From the IMG/VR virus record IMGVR_UViG_3300045988_136739: a DNA stretch of 64,000 nt, one strand, 5' to 3'. The position numbers and the translations under genes are program-made. Source of the DNA: a virus. Within the stretch, counting starts at the first letter, position 1, and every line of letters starts with the position of its first letter. The notes beneath the pieces were generated by a model. The model was not told where the DNA came from. It searched no databases and saw only the letters and a list, made by a program, of their open reading frames with translations. Shown one piece after another: positions 1 to 9,703 of this stretch.

Positions 1-68
1 TTTTCATTTGGGCAACTGCTGATGTACTTGAAGAACCCACTGACGCACATTTTGAGGAGGTTTGACTT

Positions 69-383
69 ATGTTGACTATCGCTTCTATCATGCTGGCTCT
101 TTCCGTCCTGACCACTTCTCCTGCCCTTTGCAAGCCCTATATCAGCGTTCCTACCGAGTGCGGTATCGTTGAGGAATACCGTGAGTGCGAGGTCGTAGGG
201 AGCTGCTATGATGGCTCTCGTGGCATGTACGTTGTGACCGTCAAGACCGCAGACGGACAGCTTTGGGATATGCTGGACGGTGAGGACTACTGGCGCAAGG
301 GCGACAGGCTGGTGGCGTGTTTTGACCGCTACGAGGACACCGGCGTTGTGGAACTGAACACAGCTTGCACCTACAAATACTAA
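69..383 (+). CDS. hypothetical small secreted protein (N-terminal hydrophobic signal-like segment)
   Basis: ORF with hydrophobic N-terminus; followed by terminator hairpin; TAA stop. Confidence 0.45.
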   Translation: MLTIASIMLALSVLTTSPALCKPYISVPTECGIVEEYRECEVVGSCYDGSRGMYVVTVKTADGQLWDMLDGEDYWRKGDRLVACFDRYEDTGVVELNTACTYKY

Positions 384-390
384 GAACTGT

Positions 391-416
391 GCCGCTGAAA
401 AGCGGCCTTTTCTTTT
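391..416 (+). terminator. rho-independent terminator
   Basis: gccgctgaaaagcggc hairpin followed by T-run. Confidence 0.6.
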
Positions 417-478
417 ATAGAATCTAAATCATATCGAGATATGACCTTTCAATTTTTTTAGATTTTTGAAATTGGGTA

Positions 479-507
479 TTGACATTTGCCGCAGGGTATG
501 ATATACT
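479..507 (+). promoter_or_regulatory. sigma-A-like promoter TTGACA-17-TATACT
   Basis: consensus -35/-10 with 17-bp spacer upstream of gene at 538. Confidence 0.6.
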
Positions 508-537
508 ATAATCACAGAAAGAAAGGTGGTACACACA

Positions 538-789
538 ATGACTAAACTTGAACTTGCAATCGAACAAAAAATCCTCGCTGACAAGTTGACCCAGCTTACC
601 AAGCAGACCGCACAGTGGAAGGCAATCTTCCTGAATGATGCACGCATCTATGCAGAGAATCCCACATCTAACAACAAGCTGAACATGGATATCTCTGCAA
701 AGCAGTTGCAGTTGAACGAGAGGTGGAAGAACGAGGCGTGGTGCAGATACGTTGCACATCAAACCAAATACGGAGTTCTGCTGAACTAA
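538..789 (+). CDS. hypothetical early protein
   Basis: ATG 538 preceded by AAAGGTGG RBS; own promoter and terminator. Confidence 0.6.
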   Translation: MTKLELAIEQKILADKLTQLTKQTAQWKAIFLNDARIYAENPTSNNKLNMDISAKQLQLNERWKNEAWCRYVAHQTKYGVLLN

Positions 790-800
790 TAGACCAAAAA

Positions 801-830
801 GCCGGGAGAAATCCCGGTTATTCTTGTAGA
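801..830 (+). terminator. terminator hairpin gccgggagaaatcccggtt
   Basis: stem-loop, weak T-run. Confidence 0.4.
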
Positions 831-1027
831 TGGCGGGCTTCATATCAAGATATTATAATTGCTCTAGTTGGGCGTTTTCATATCATGCTATGAAGTGGTG
901 AAATCATATCTTGATATGAATTTCTGTCATTTGAGGAAGAAGACCGCTTCATATCTTGATATGAAATCTAAGAGAATCGTGTAGCAGATTGCACAAAAAT
1001 TTGTTGCGTTTTTCGTCATTTTGACTA

Positions 1028-1061
1028 TTGAAAACGGTGCGCCGTTGTGGTATCATATAAT
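1028..1061 (+). promoter_or_regulatory. sigma-A-like promoter (TTGAAA-17-TATCAT, second TATAAT adjacent)
   Basis: sequence inspection. Confidence 0.5.
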
Positions 1062-1100
1062 CACAGGGACGACCTGAATACATAACACGGGGGCATTGAT

Positions 1101-1283
1101 ATGTTGAACGTACACGGAAAACTTCGTACAGAGGCCGAGTGGTGCAGAATCGAGGACGAGCGCGAGGAGCGCGCAAGACAGGAGGAGCGCGAGGAACAAC
1201 TTGAAGCTGAAGAAGCGGATATGGTAACATATCACGGCTATAAAGTAACAAGCGAGTTTGCCGAGCAGATGATTCACTACTAA
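1101..1283 (+). CDS. hypothetical acidic small protein (E/R-rich)
   Basis: ORF with RBS, promoter upstream, terminator downstream. Confidence 0.55.
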   Translation: MLNVHGKLRTEAEWCRIEDEREERARQEEREEQLEAEEADMVTYHGYKVTSEFAEQMIHY

Positions 1284-1289
1284 GGGAAG

Positions 1290-1317
1290 GCGTGGAGAAA
1301 TCCACGCTTTTCTTTTT
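1290..1317 (+). terminator. rho-independent terminator gcgtggagaaatccacgc + T-run
   Basis: perfect hairpin plus TTTTCTTTTT; same hairpin sequence recurs at 25083. Confidence 0.7.
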
Positions 1318-1447
1318 GTATTTTCTATTTCATATCTTGATATGATTATTTCATTATTTTCTGTTTTGGCTTTTTCATATCTTGATATGAATTTTCTAGT
1401 TTGTAAATTATCGAGCGTTTCATATCTTGATATGACGCACCACAGGC

Positions 1448-1473
1448 GCGGTTAGTTTTGACTAACTAACCGG
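1448..1473. repeat. palindromic hairpin family B: GGTTAGTT-N6-AACTAACC
   Basis: 8-bp perfect inverted repeat; family recurs at 2060, 2743, 4294, 4336, 4371, 6401, 6439. Confidence 0.7.
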
Positions 1474-1613
1474 GTAGAAATATGCACAAAAAATTGCCTG
1501 TATGTTTGTGCAATATGCGAATTGTTATTTTAACGCGGATATGGTATTATATACTTGCAAGGAGGGAATACAAAAAACAACAAAAGAAATCCCAAAAATC
1601 TAAAAATTGGGTA

Positions 1614-1642
1614 TTGACAGAATCCGCTGAATATGCTATAAT
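1614..1642 (+). promoter_or_regulatory. sigma-A-like promoter TTGACA-17-TATAAT
   Basis: perfect consensus. Confidence 0.7.
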
Positions 1643-1687
1643 ATAGACAGTGGATGACACAAATACATAACATTGGAGGAAAACATT

Positions 1688-1999
1688 ATGACTACAAAAT
1701 TCATCGTTACCATCGGCCTGTTTGATAAGGATACCAAAAAGTTGGAGCTTGACCCCGCAAACGCACAGGCACTTCTGAACAATGAAGTGGCACGGCGTTT
1801 CAATGGCGCTACTGTGTATAGCGCTGACGGCGTTTATAAGCACAACAACGGCGAGACGGTGCGCGAACCGTCCTTGCGTGTAGAGCTGTGCTATACCACG
1901 CGGGAGGACGCTGTGGGGCTTGCAACGTGGGCAAAGATGGCATTCAATCAGGAAAGTGTCATGCTGGAAGCCATTGCCGAGGAGTGCGACTTCATTTAA
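1688..1999 (+). CDS. hypothetical early protein
   Basis: ATG 1688 with GGAGG RBS 8 nt upstream. Confidence 0.6.
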   Translation: MTTKFIVTIGLFDKDTKKLELDPANAQALLNNEVARRFNGATVYSADGVYKHNNGETVREPSLRVELCYTTREDAVGLATWAKMAFNQESVMLEAIAEECDFI

Positions 2000-2024
2000 C
2001 TGAAGTTCACACAAATAAAGTGGG

Positions 2025-2050
2025 CGGGGAGAAATCCCCGCTTTACTTTT
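2025..2050 (+). terminator. rho-independent terminator gcggggagaaatccccgc
   Basis: hairpin + T-run. Confidence 0.65.
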
Positions 2051-2111
2051 GTAAAGTGAGTTAGTTAGCGTAAACTAACCTGTGCAACGAAAAATTCATA
2101 GCAAGATATGA

Positions 2112-2225
2112 CGTTGTATACATCGCTGCATCTAATCAAATATTTAACAATCTTCTTGCTGTACAATGATGTATACAACAATGCGTTTAACCAAATATTT
2201 AACAATCTTTTTGTTGTATACAACG
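2112..2225. repeat. three copies of palindrome-containing motif TTGTATACAAC(AATG) (family C) with AAATATTTAACAATCTT direct repeats
   Basis: copies at 2112, 2168, 2211; family recurs at 4269, 4418, 6203, 6276, 6339, 6497. Confidence 0.65.
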
Positions 2226-2385
2226 TAAAACCTAATCAAAAATTTAACAAAGTTTTGGTCTACTTCATATCTTGATATGAAATCTTTTACAATTTACAAA
2301 TTTACAAAATCATATCTTGATATGAAAAAGTAAAAATCAAAAGAAAAAAGAAAATATATTTTTTTAAATTTTTTTGATTTTAGTA

Positions 2386-2413
2386 TTGACATTTGCCTAA
2401 AAGCGAGTATAAT
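2386..2413 (+). promoter_or_regulatory. sigma-A-like promoter TTGACA-16-TATAAT
   Basis: consensus hexamers. Confidence 0.65.
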
Positions 2414-2480
2414 TATAATCAGAAGGCGGGGTTAAAATAAATAAACTACTTGATAGCAGAAATGCAGAAAGGAATCTAAA

Positions 2481-2675
2481 ATGAAAGAAATAAAAAGAAT
2501 TACAGTGCAAAGAGCATTGCGCCGAGCTGGTTTCACGCTTGACCATATAAAAGGTTCACATCACATTTACCGCAGAGGTGAAGGCGAGATGTTAACCGTA
2601 CCGCTTGCAAGGAGCGTAAACGGTAAACTCTGGCAGGATATTTGCAAACAGCATAATATCCCTTGGGACGTGTGA
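2481..2675 (+). CDS. hicA: HicA-family mRNA interferase-like toxin (orphan, no HicB neighbour)
   Basis: 64 aa; GSHHIYR...TVP motif typical of YcfA/HicA fold. Confidence 0.65.
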   Translation: MKEIKRITVQRALRRAGFTLDHIKGSHHIYRRGEGEMLTVPLARSVNGKLWQDICKQHNIPWDV

Positions 2676-2700
2676 AATAATTAACAAAGTCCCTCCTCTA

Positions 2701-2737
2701 ACAACCTGATGTGAAGAATCAGGTTGTTTTCTTTTTA
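2701..2737 (+). terminator. rho-independent terminator
   Basis: aacaacctgatgtgaagaatcaggttgtt hairpin + T-run. Confidence 0.7.
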
Positions 2738-2907
2738 ACAAAGTTAGTTAGTCATAACTAACTCACGCTACGAAAAATTTTCATATCAAGCTATGACTCG
2801 TGACAATTCTTTTTAGATTTTCAAAATCATATCAAGATATGAAAAACCAGAATGTGAACAATTCTTGATTCGTGGGACTTTTTGCGCCTGATGTGGTATA
2901 ATAATTG

Positions 2908-3230
2908 CAGTCCAGAAAGCCCGGACTAGGAGAAACGACCCGGCGGCGTTATAGGCCGCGTAGAGCCGTTATAACGGGCTTGTTTGCCGTGCGGCAAATC
3001 ACTAGACAGCACAGAAAACATTGCACATGGCTTTGCAGGGCTACTAGAGCGGACACAAACAAGATTCCAGCACTTCGGTGAGGCTACTATAAGGATTTAC
3101 AAGATTATTCCAGCACTTTGGCATACTATACAGCCATATACAAAACTTTTGTACAGTTCCACGCTTGCAGAATACAAAACAATAAAAAATAAAGTAAATA
3201 TCCAAAAATCAAAATAGAAAAAATTTTATA
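2908..3230 (+). ncRNA. candidate structured non-coding transcript in early region
   Basis: extended -10 promoter (TGgTATAAT at 2894-2902); no convincing ORF; several hairpins (agccgttataacgggct, ttgccgtgcggcaa); direct repeat caagatt(att)ccagcactt. Confidence 0.25.
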
Positions 3231-3515
3231 AAATAATTTTTATAGAAAATTTTTGATAAATTATATCAAGATATGAATTTGTATTATAGAATTGAGTCAT
3301 ATCAAGCTATGAAAAAATAAATGTGTAGAACGCTAGAATTTCATATCAAGATATAATTTTTTACAGATTTTTTGATTTGAGTAATTCATATCGAGATATG
3401 AAATCTAAAAGAGAATTGCAATCAGATTGTTTCATATCAAGATATGAGCTTGAACAGGGCGAATGCGCTTCACTGCACTAAATTGTGAACAATTTGTGAA
3501 CTTTTCAATTTACTA

Positions 3516-3544
3516 TTGATTTTTGTCTTGCGTTCTGGTAGAAT
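3516..3544 (+). promoter_or_regulatory. sigma-A-like promoter TTGATT-17-TAGAAT with TG extension
   Basis: sequence inspection. Confidence 0.55.
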
Positions 3545-3610
3545 AGAACCATGGAAAGGGCGACAGACCAAAGCCCAAACCAAATACATAATGACAAAGA
3601 GGTACACATT

Positions 3611-3940
3611 ATGAACGTTATCAGAACGACAATCGCACGATTGGATGCAGCCCTTGTGCTTGAGGGACTTACCACTGTGAGAGAGTGGGACGAAGCAAGT
3701 GAGTGTTATGAATTTGATGAGGTAGGCTATCAGTTCAAGGCCGCGACAAAACCGGTTAGTGGCAAGAGCCTCGCGTGGCTTCTCGCGCATGGTGGCGCGG
3801 ATTGGTTGAAGTCGATGGGCTTCACGTTCGCGTATAACAGCGCAACATTCAACGATACACGAAAGTACATCGTGTACGTTGACAGGTACGATGAAATCAC
3901 TTTTCATCGTTACAGCGATTATTTGCTGTGGAAGTGGTAA
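3611..3940 (+). CDS. hypothetical early protein
   Basis: ATG 3611 with AAGAGG RBS; terminator follows. Confidence 0.6.
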   Translation: MNVIRTTIARLDAALVLEGLTTVREWDEASECYEFDEVGYQFKAATKPVSGKSLAWLLAHGGADWLKSMGFTFAYNSATFNDTRKYIVYVDRYDEITFHRYSDYLLWKW

Positions 3941-3950
3941 AAATCTTGTG

Positions 3951-3986
3951 GGCTGGAACTGCAAAAGGTTCCAGCCTTTTTCTTTT
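3951..3986 (+). terminator. rho-independent terminator
   Basis: ggctggaactgcaaaaggttccagcc + T-run. Confidence 0.7.
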
Positions 3987-4293
3987 AGATTTATTCAAAT
4001 TTTTTCTGTTTTAGAATTTCATATCAAGATATGACAGAAGTTTGTATATTTATAGAGATTTTTCTGTTTTTGCAATTATATGAATTTTTTCCGTTTTCAT
4101 ATTTTGATATGAACTAGAGCGTTATAGGTTTGTAAATTCGACTCATATCAAGATATGAAAATATAGTGCATAGATTGAAAAGTATAGATTTTTGTAGATT
4201 TTTCGTTGTAGATGGGGCGAGCCTGAAATGTATTTGCGAGTGCGCGTTGCGCACAAGAAGGGATATTAGCTTGTATACAACAATGGACGCAGC

Positions 4294-4392
4294 GGTTAGT
4301 TTAAGCTGACTAACTTCATCACAGTAAAGAGCTAAAGTTAGTTTGTTATAACTAACTGAACAGCCTCACTGGTTAGTTTAGACTAACTAACT
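4294..4392. repeat. three tandem family-B hairpins (GTTAGTT...AACTAAC)
   Basis: 4294-4314, 4336-4359, 4371-4392; flanked by family-C motifs at 4269 and 4418. Confidence 0.65.
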
Positions 4393-4797
4393 CTAGCAGT
4401 CCAGCAGACCGGCTGCTAATGTATACAACAATGCACTATCAGATGTTTTTAAAATATTTCATCTTTCATATCAAGATATGAACAACTTTCATTTTTCTAG
4501 TTTCTTCCAGCATTTCACCATTTTTTGTGCAACGTGTACATAAAACAGGCTTTGTCAAGCTATATGTTTGTATATACTCACAATGTACAATGGGCTTGCG
4601 ATATGGTAAAATAATAGTGGGAAATCTAGTACATTGAAAACTAAATAAGGTTCACGGCCATTGTCCCGACTTGCACGAGGGACGGAACAAAAAGAAAAGT
4701 GCAAGGCGAAGTTTCCGCATGAAACAAAAAATCCGATTGTTCCACATGGAACAAAACATTTTGATACGGCTTGTAAAGCCGAGAAGGGTACATATTA

Positions 4798-5720
4798 TGA
4801 GAATTAACGGAATTAGCGTTGACGTTGAAAAACCCCGCAAAGGCACGAGATGTGCATTTTGTGGTGAATACATTGGTGAGCATTCGTTCATCAAGACCAG
4901 CACAAACCACCAAACAAGCGCGTTCGTACATACTGAATGTTTGAGAATGCGTTCATACCACGAACAATTCAGAACGCCGGACGGTAACACGTTGCCGCTA
5001 TTCGATAACAGCCGCAAAGCTACAACTTCCGAACGTATAATTTATACGCCGGAAGTTGAATTTGCAAATGAGTATGACCTTTGGTCGATGGAAAAGAAAG
5101 CCGCTTTTGTGGCGCAATTCAGAATGTACCTTGAGCACGACTGCACCGTTGGTGCTGAAGGCCATGTGTACAGTGCAATCAATTTTCACGGCTTGTTCCA
5201 ATGGTATGAGAACCTTGCAAAATGGGTGGATATGTCTGATAGTTCGTGCGGCCATCACATGAATTTTTCATGGTATGGCATGAAGGCCGAGGACGTTCGT
5301 AAAATTCAGCGGCATTCCGGCGAACTGTTCCAGCCCGTTGAGAAGTGGATGAGAGAACACCCCGAACAGGTCAAAAAGATTTTTGGCCGTAACTTTTCAC
5401 ACTGGGCAAGGGATGATGAGGAGTATGTACATGGTTCATGGTTGAACCTTGAGAACGACTGGAACGACCGTGAAGCGCGTATTGAATACCGTTTGCCACA
5501 CTTTGTTAATTCTAAACAGATTACATGGTGCGCGTTCATGTTGAAAGACTGGACAAAGGAACTTCGTTCCTATTGTTCCGGCGAACAGGACGAACGCAAA
5601 ACCGCAATGAACATTCTGAACCACATTCAGAAAGCCGCAAATGGGAAAGCCCTTTATCAGCGGCCCGAACGTAACGGAAACGCCAAAAAGGCAAAATCCG
5701 AAGATTTGCCTTTTGATTGA
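4798..5720 (+). CDS. hypothetical protein; weak resemblance to glutamine-synthetase-like amidoligases; contains CxxC/HxxC zinc-ribbon-like N-terminus
   Basis: motifs TPEVEFANE and RIEYRLP reminiscent of Amidoligase_2/GS-like fold; assignment weak. Confidence 0.3.
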
Positions 5721-5815
5721 TTGAACGAATAGCGGATACTATTGAAAGACTTTCAACAAGTCCGCGTTTTCACTTTATTTATTTAATCTAAAATAAGAAT
5801 GGGGTTTAATTTATT

Positions 5816-6100
5816 ATGAAAAAGTTTTTTGTTGTTCTTTCCGTCCTGTTTGTCCTGTTCTCCTTTACCGCTTGCAACGTGGGTGCAGGGGAGTTTGAGC
5901 CGACTAACCAGCTGGCAAAGAATGGTAAAATAGTGTCCGTATGCGGCGAACAGGTGAGCGTAAACGTTGCCGGTGACGTGTTCACGTTTGAGGGCACTAA
6001 CTATCACGTCGGCGAGGACGTGAAGGTTTACTTCGATGTGAACGGTGAACCTACTAACCCGTGGGTTTGGTGGGTTATTGACTGCAAGCCGTTGCACTAA
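5816..6100 (+). CDS. putative lipoprotein (signal peptide + FTAC lipobox)
   Basis: MKKFFVVLSVLFVLFSFTAC N-terminus. Confidence 0.6.
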   Translation: MKKFFVVLSVLFVLFSFTACNVGAGEFEPTNQLAKNGKIVSVCGEQVSVNVAGDVFTFEGTNYHVGEDVKVYFDVNGEPTNPWVWWVIDCKPLH

Positions 6101-6130
6101 TCAGTAACAAGCGCACAACAAGCCAACTTT

Positions 6131-6196
6131 ACCACACTAAAGTGATTGACAGGGTTTTAACAATTCCTTCAGTGCTTTAGTGTGGTAAATTTTTTA
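6131..6196 (+). terminator. long-stem hairpin accacactaaag...ctttagtgtggt followed by A/T run
   Basis: 12-bp perfect stem, 33-nt loop, T-run. Confidence 0.4.
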
Positions 6197-6202
6197 TATA
6201 TT

Positions 6203-6515
6203 TTGTTGTGTACAACGCTGTATGCAATGATATATTTATATTTGAATATCATATTGAATTTATTATAATATTTTTTATTGTATACATCGTGAGCCTGTAT
6301 CGTTGCACTATCACGTTGGATACAACAGTGTTTTGATACGTTGTATACTTCATTGCATCTAAGCAAGTATGTAACAATCGCTTCAGTACGGTAAAGCGAT
6401 GAAGTTAGTTAGTCGTAACTAACCGTCAGGGGTTGAACGCGGTTAGTGGTGGCTAACCCATTAACCCACCATGGGGGTGGGTTTACAAACCCAGAGCTGT
6501 TGTATACAACGTTGG
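6203..6515. repeat. AT-rich spacer with family-C (TGTATACAAC) copies and two family-B hairpins
   Basis: motifs at 6203, 6276, 6316, 6339, 6401, 6439, 6497. Confidence 0.6.
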
Positions 6516-6593
6516 ACACGTAGCCCTTATGTTTTCAGAGAAACCTACTTTCTTATCCGTATAAAAATTAACGATATAAAAATAGTGACCTTA

Positions 6594-6944
6594 TCAGTCA
6601 CTATCATCAGGACATTCATATCTAACAACTACGACACGTCTATTATATTCAATTGCATTGATAACAATACGATTTTTACCACTACAATCATTGTATAAAT
6701 ACACCCAACTATCCTTATCAAATTCTGGACTTGGAATCCTTTCCCAATTATTTAATTCGTTACCAAATGATTTAGGATGTGAACCACCAGCAACAACTGA
6801 ATCTGTGACGTGACTTACATATCCATGAACAAACTTGCATCTGTCAGGATTGATACCTTTAATCCTGATTACATCTTTTAGATATTCTTTATAACTATCA
6901 ATAAGTTCACGTTCTTCATTCTTCTTTTTAGGATTAACAAACAT
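6594..6944 (-). CDS. hypothetical protein, paralog family with W-x-R-I-P-S-P-x-F-D-K-D-S-W-V-Y motif
   Basis: shares motif with 6957..7271 and 8009..8416. Confidence 0.55.
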   Translation of the reverse strand: MFVNPKKKNEERELIDSYKEYLKDVIRIKGINPDRCKFVHGYVSHVTDSVVAGGSHPKSFGNELNNWERIPSPEFDKDSWVYLYNDCSGKNRIVINAIEYNRRVVVVRYECPDDSD

Positions 6945-6956
6945 TAAATCCCTCCG

Positions 6957-7271
6957 TCATTTATGGGTATACGAAACAACAATCAATTTATCTGGATGCG
7001 TGCTAGAGACTGCGTTAAGTATACGCCATCTATCATAATAACGACCACAATAATAGTACACCACGCTATCCTTGTCGAAGTCAGGGCTAGGAATCCTTAC
7101 CCACTCCTTATTAACACTTCCTTGCCATATCGCATAATTGTTCCCACGCAACGGCTGTCCTTCAATGTTATCCGCGCGAGTTTCATCAAATTTGTAATCG
7201 GATGTATCGCCACAAGAAAGCGCGATTAAATGTTCAACATACTCTCTGTATTTTCCAATTAGTTTATTCAT
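6957..7271 (-). CDS. hypothetical protein, same paralog family
   Basis: WVRIPSPDFDKDSVVYYY motif. Confidence 0.55.
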   Translation of the reverse strand: MNKLIGKYREYVEHLIALSCGDTSDYKFDETRADNIEGQPLRGNNYAIWQGSVNKEWVRIPSPDFDKDSVVYYYCGRYYDRWRILNAVSSTHPDKLIVVSYTHK

Positions 7272-7581
7272 TTCTATAATCCTTTACATAATATCTATGA
7301 ACGTAAAGTTCTTTATCTCCAACCTTGTGGAACATCAAACATATATATCTTTTATCAAAATTAGTCCATAAATATAACATAACATCATGAACCGAGCAAG
7401 GGATTCGCACAGTGGATGATTGCCGAAGTCCATCGACAATTAACTTGCCGTTATCCTGTTCAATTCTGGAATAACGATAGCAACTTTTAGATGTTTCACG
7501 CCAGTATCGTTTATCGAATCCTGCATTATTGTAGTCGTCCCAAAAAGACTCAACTACATCTCTACGTTTATAACCGAGCAT
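7264..7581 (-). CDS. hypothetical protein (distant member, RIPCS / FDKRY)
   Basis: ORF in minus operon. Confidence 0.45.
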   Translation of the reverse strand: MLGYKRRDVVESFWDDYNNAGFDKRYWRETSKSCYRYSRIEQDNGKLIVDGLRQSSTVRIPCSVHDVMLYLWTNFDKRYICLMFHKVGDKELYVHRYYVKDYRNE

Positions 7582-7593
7582 TTAGAAAACTCC

Positions 7594-8058
7594 TTATACC
7601 ACTGGACTAATGACAGGACGAATATTTTCAAGAATAAAGCGCACAAGCCTGACACGTGTTTCTTTGTCCGGCACTGTTAATGTACAATTATAATCTGGTA
7701 CATAGTCTGGGAACTCAATAAGAACAGACCGCATAAGCTCATATCGTGATGTATGACCATACATATTTAGATTTGTCCTATATACGATTTCATATTTATT
7801 GTTCCAGAAACCATGTACTTTCCTACAATAGACCATTCTGGATGCACATGGGATTCTAAAGAAATTCTCCTCATTAGCAAAACTCTTCATGTCGTATGCA
7901 TTATATCGCAAGAATATGGGAGCTTCATCAATACCCAAATCAATATCTTTAAGAACAGACCTTACTTCATCCTCAAAAATTTTTGAAAACCCACTTCTGG
8001 AAATTCTATCAAGCTCTTTGCAGTCCATAGTTTCTCCTATCCGTGGTAAAGTCACCAC
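7594..8058 (-). CDS. hypothetical protein
   Basis: ORF in minus operon. Confidence 0.45.
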   Translation of the reverse strand: MVTLPRIGETMDCKELDRISRSGFSKIFEDEVRSVLKDIDLGIDEAPIFLRYNAYDMKSFANEENFFRIPCASRMVYCRKVHGFWNNKYEIVYRTNLNMYGHTSRYELMRSVLIEFPDYVPDYNCTLTVPDKETRVRLVRFILENIRPVISPVV

Positions 8059-8416
8059 ATTTTCTGCATCTCTGTATTTCTATCTCAAGAAATTCATCTG
8101 GATAGTCAATACAGAACACAGTTAAAAAATACTTGTCCTCATATATACCTCTTGCATAGAACACCCATGCGTTCTTATCAAATGGTTGTGACGGTAAACG
8201 ATGCCAAGCCCTTATAGTGTCATCAGAAGATACATCGAATAATGGAAAATATGGGCTACCTTGCTCTAGCTCTATATAATCTATACAATTTTCTAGGTGC
8301 ACAGATTTAGGTACATGAACTTGATATTTAGATATATCTACACCAAGTAGGCGCATAATATAGAACAAGTATCTACAATAACAGCTTAACTTAAAGTGTC
8401 TTACAGAATTTGTCAT
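8009..8416 (-). CDS. hypothetical protein, paralog family (WHRLPSQPFDKNAWVFY)
   Basis: shared motif. Confidence 0.5.
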   Translation of the reverse strand: MTNSVRHFKLSCYCRYLFYIMRLLGVDISKYQVHVPKSVHLENCIDYIELEQGSPYFPLFDVSSDDTIRAWHRLPSQPFDKNAWVFYARGIYEDKYFLTVFCIDYPDEFLEIEIQRCRKCGDFTTDRRNYGLQRA

Positions 8417-8814
8417 ACTTCCTCTTCAGTAATGTTTTGAATATTTGCCTTATTAAACGGTATGCCCATTTCTCGTTCAAATGTAAATTCTACATAATAT
8501 TCAGTATCACCATCAAAACACTTCATCGTAACATAGTAATACTGATAATCGCCAACATAGATAAATAAATCACATTCTCTACAAGGTACTCTATATGAAT
8601 AGAGTCGCGCATAAGTACCACCATCGACACAAGCCCCACTAATATTACCATTATAAAACTTTACATTTTCAGAGGTACATAATGCACGTAAACCAGTAAA
8701 AAGAAAGTTAGAGTCGGGTAGGTATTCATTTGCAAGTGCAAACGCACGTCTCGCAAAAACGTTGAGATGTACACTATTACCACCCCTCGTTTTTCCTAAA
8801 AGCACAGCAGACAT
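8413..8814 (-). CDS. hypothetical protein
   Basis: ORF. Confidence 0.45.
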   Translation of the reverse strand: MSAVLLGKTRGGNSVHLNVFARRAFALANEYLPDSNFLFTGLRALCTSENVKFYNGNISGACVDGGTYARLYSYRVPCRECDLFIYVGDYQYYYVTMKCFDGDTEYYVEFTFEREMGIPFNKANIQNITEEEV

Positions 8815-8816
8815 TA

Positions 8817-9119
8817 TTATCTCCTTACGTATAGCTCACTATGAAGCAGTTCGGTTCCTTCTTCAAAGAAATAAACACGAAAACAATCGCAATTTTCTTT
8901 TGCGTCCGTGAACACCCTTGTATTTAGATACAATGATGGAATCCTGTAGACTTTGTATGTCGAAACATAAACCTGAAGCTGTCCATTATTATCGCAAATA
9001 AAAGAATGATGACCGGTATAATGGTCTTTGCTTCTCCAATATTTCTCGACAAGACCGAGTTCAGGAGCGGTATTCTTCCAAAAATATCTTGTAATGGCTT
9101 TCCACTTTTCATCTCTCAT
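8817..9119 (-). CDS. hypothetical protein (YRIPS motif)
   Basis: ORF. Confidence 0.45.
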   Translation of the reverse strand: MRDEKWKAITRYFWKNTAPELGLVEKYWRSKDHYTGHHSFICDNNGQLQVYVSTYKVYRIPSLYLNTRVFTDAKENCDCFRVYFFEEGTELLHSELYVRR

Positions 9120-9694
9120 CGTAGACTCTGCACTCCTTCTGACTCGCGAGTATTGTATGAAACATCTGTTGTTGTTACTCTAACGTAAGGTGACTCACCA
9201 TACACATAATCATAATCACGTCTAAATGAATTACCATAATAGCCATAAGCGTCAATAGTCGTATCAAGCGTATTAGACATGGGTAATGTATATGTAGATT
9301 CACTATCATTGACTGTAACGCTATCCATATTACTATCAACGGTGAATGTATAAAGCTCATTGCCACTTGGATGCGTATACGACAGCTGTGATTTAAGTTT
9401 AATAACGCGATAAAACGGATGTCTTTCATTTCCATTTGCATCAAGTGTTGTCATATATGCAAGACGATAAATTTTATGATGGTTTCTAGGAAGATACTGT
9501 TTGATATATGCCTTGCCGATTGTACAAGGTACGCGACAGTAACCTCTTGATTCAAATTCGTGACATGAGAGGATTTCGGTAGCGCAAACAACAAATTCCT
9601 CGTCAGTGCCAATTTCTGCGGCATCTAAGAATTTATTCGCTTCGTCCTTCACTACCTGAGATAATCTAAACGTATCAACTCCTGTATGATTCAT
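9116..9694 (-). CDS. hypothetical protein
   Basis: ORF. Confidence 0.45.
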   Translation of the reverse strand: MNHTGVDTFRLSQVVKDEANKFLDAAEIGTDEEFVVCATEILSCHEFESRGYCRVPCTIGKAYIKQYLPRNHHKIYRLAYMTTLDANGNERHPFYRVIKLKSQLSYTHPSGNELYTFTVDSNMDSVTVNDSESTYTLPMSNTLDTTIDAYGYYGNSFRRDYDYVYGESPYVRVTTTDVSYNTRESEGVQSLR

Positions 9695-9703
9695 TATTGC
9701 ACC

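Larger units (their letters stand above)
424..4484. repeat. array of about 20 copies of a 16-18 bp palindromic motif TTCATATC(TT/AA)GATATGAA interspersed between early genes
   Basis: copies seen at about 428, 839, 878, 903, 947, 1328, 1374, 1419, 2263, 2308, 2779, 2825, 3260, 3294, 3340, 3384, 3430, 4016, 4096, 4142, 4465; central dinucleotide TT in the 900-2330 copies, AA in the 2780-4484 copies. Confidence 0.8.

Noticed and set aside
1290-1317. Identical terminator hairpin gcgtggagaaatccacgc at 1290 and 25083 as evidence of recent duplication or recombination
   Set aside because: Several terminators share the GNNGGGAGAAATCCC core (801, 2025, 1290, 25083). This looks like a preferred terminator design rather than a duplicated segment; flanks are unrelated.
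424-4484. Possible CRISPR array suggested by many copies of a short repeat
   Set aside because: Repeats are palindromic, irregularly spaced with genes, promoters and terminators between them, and have no uniform spacers; not CRISPR-like.
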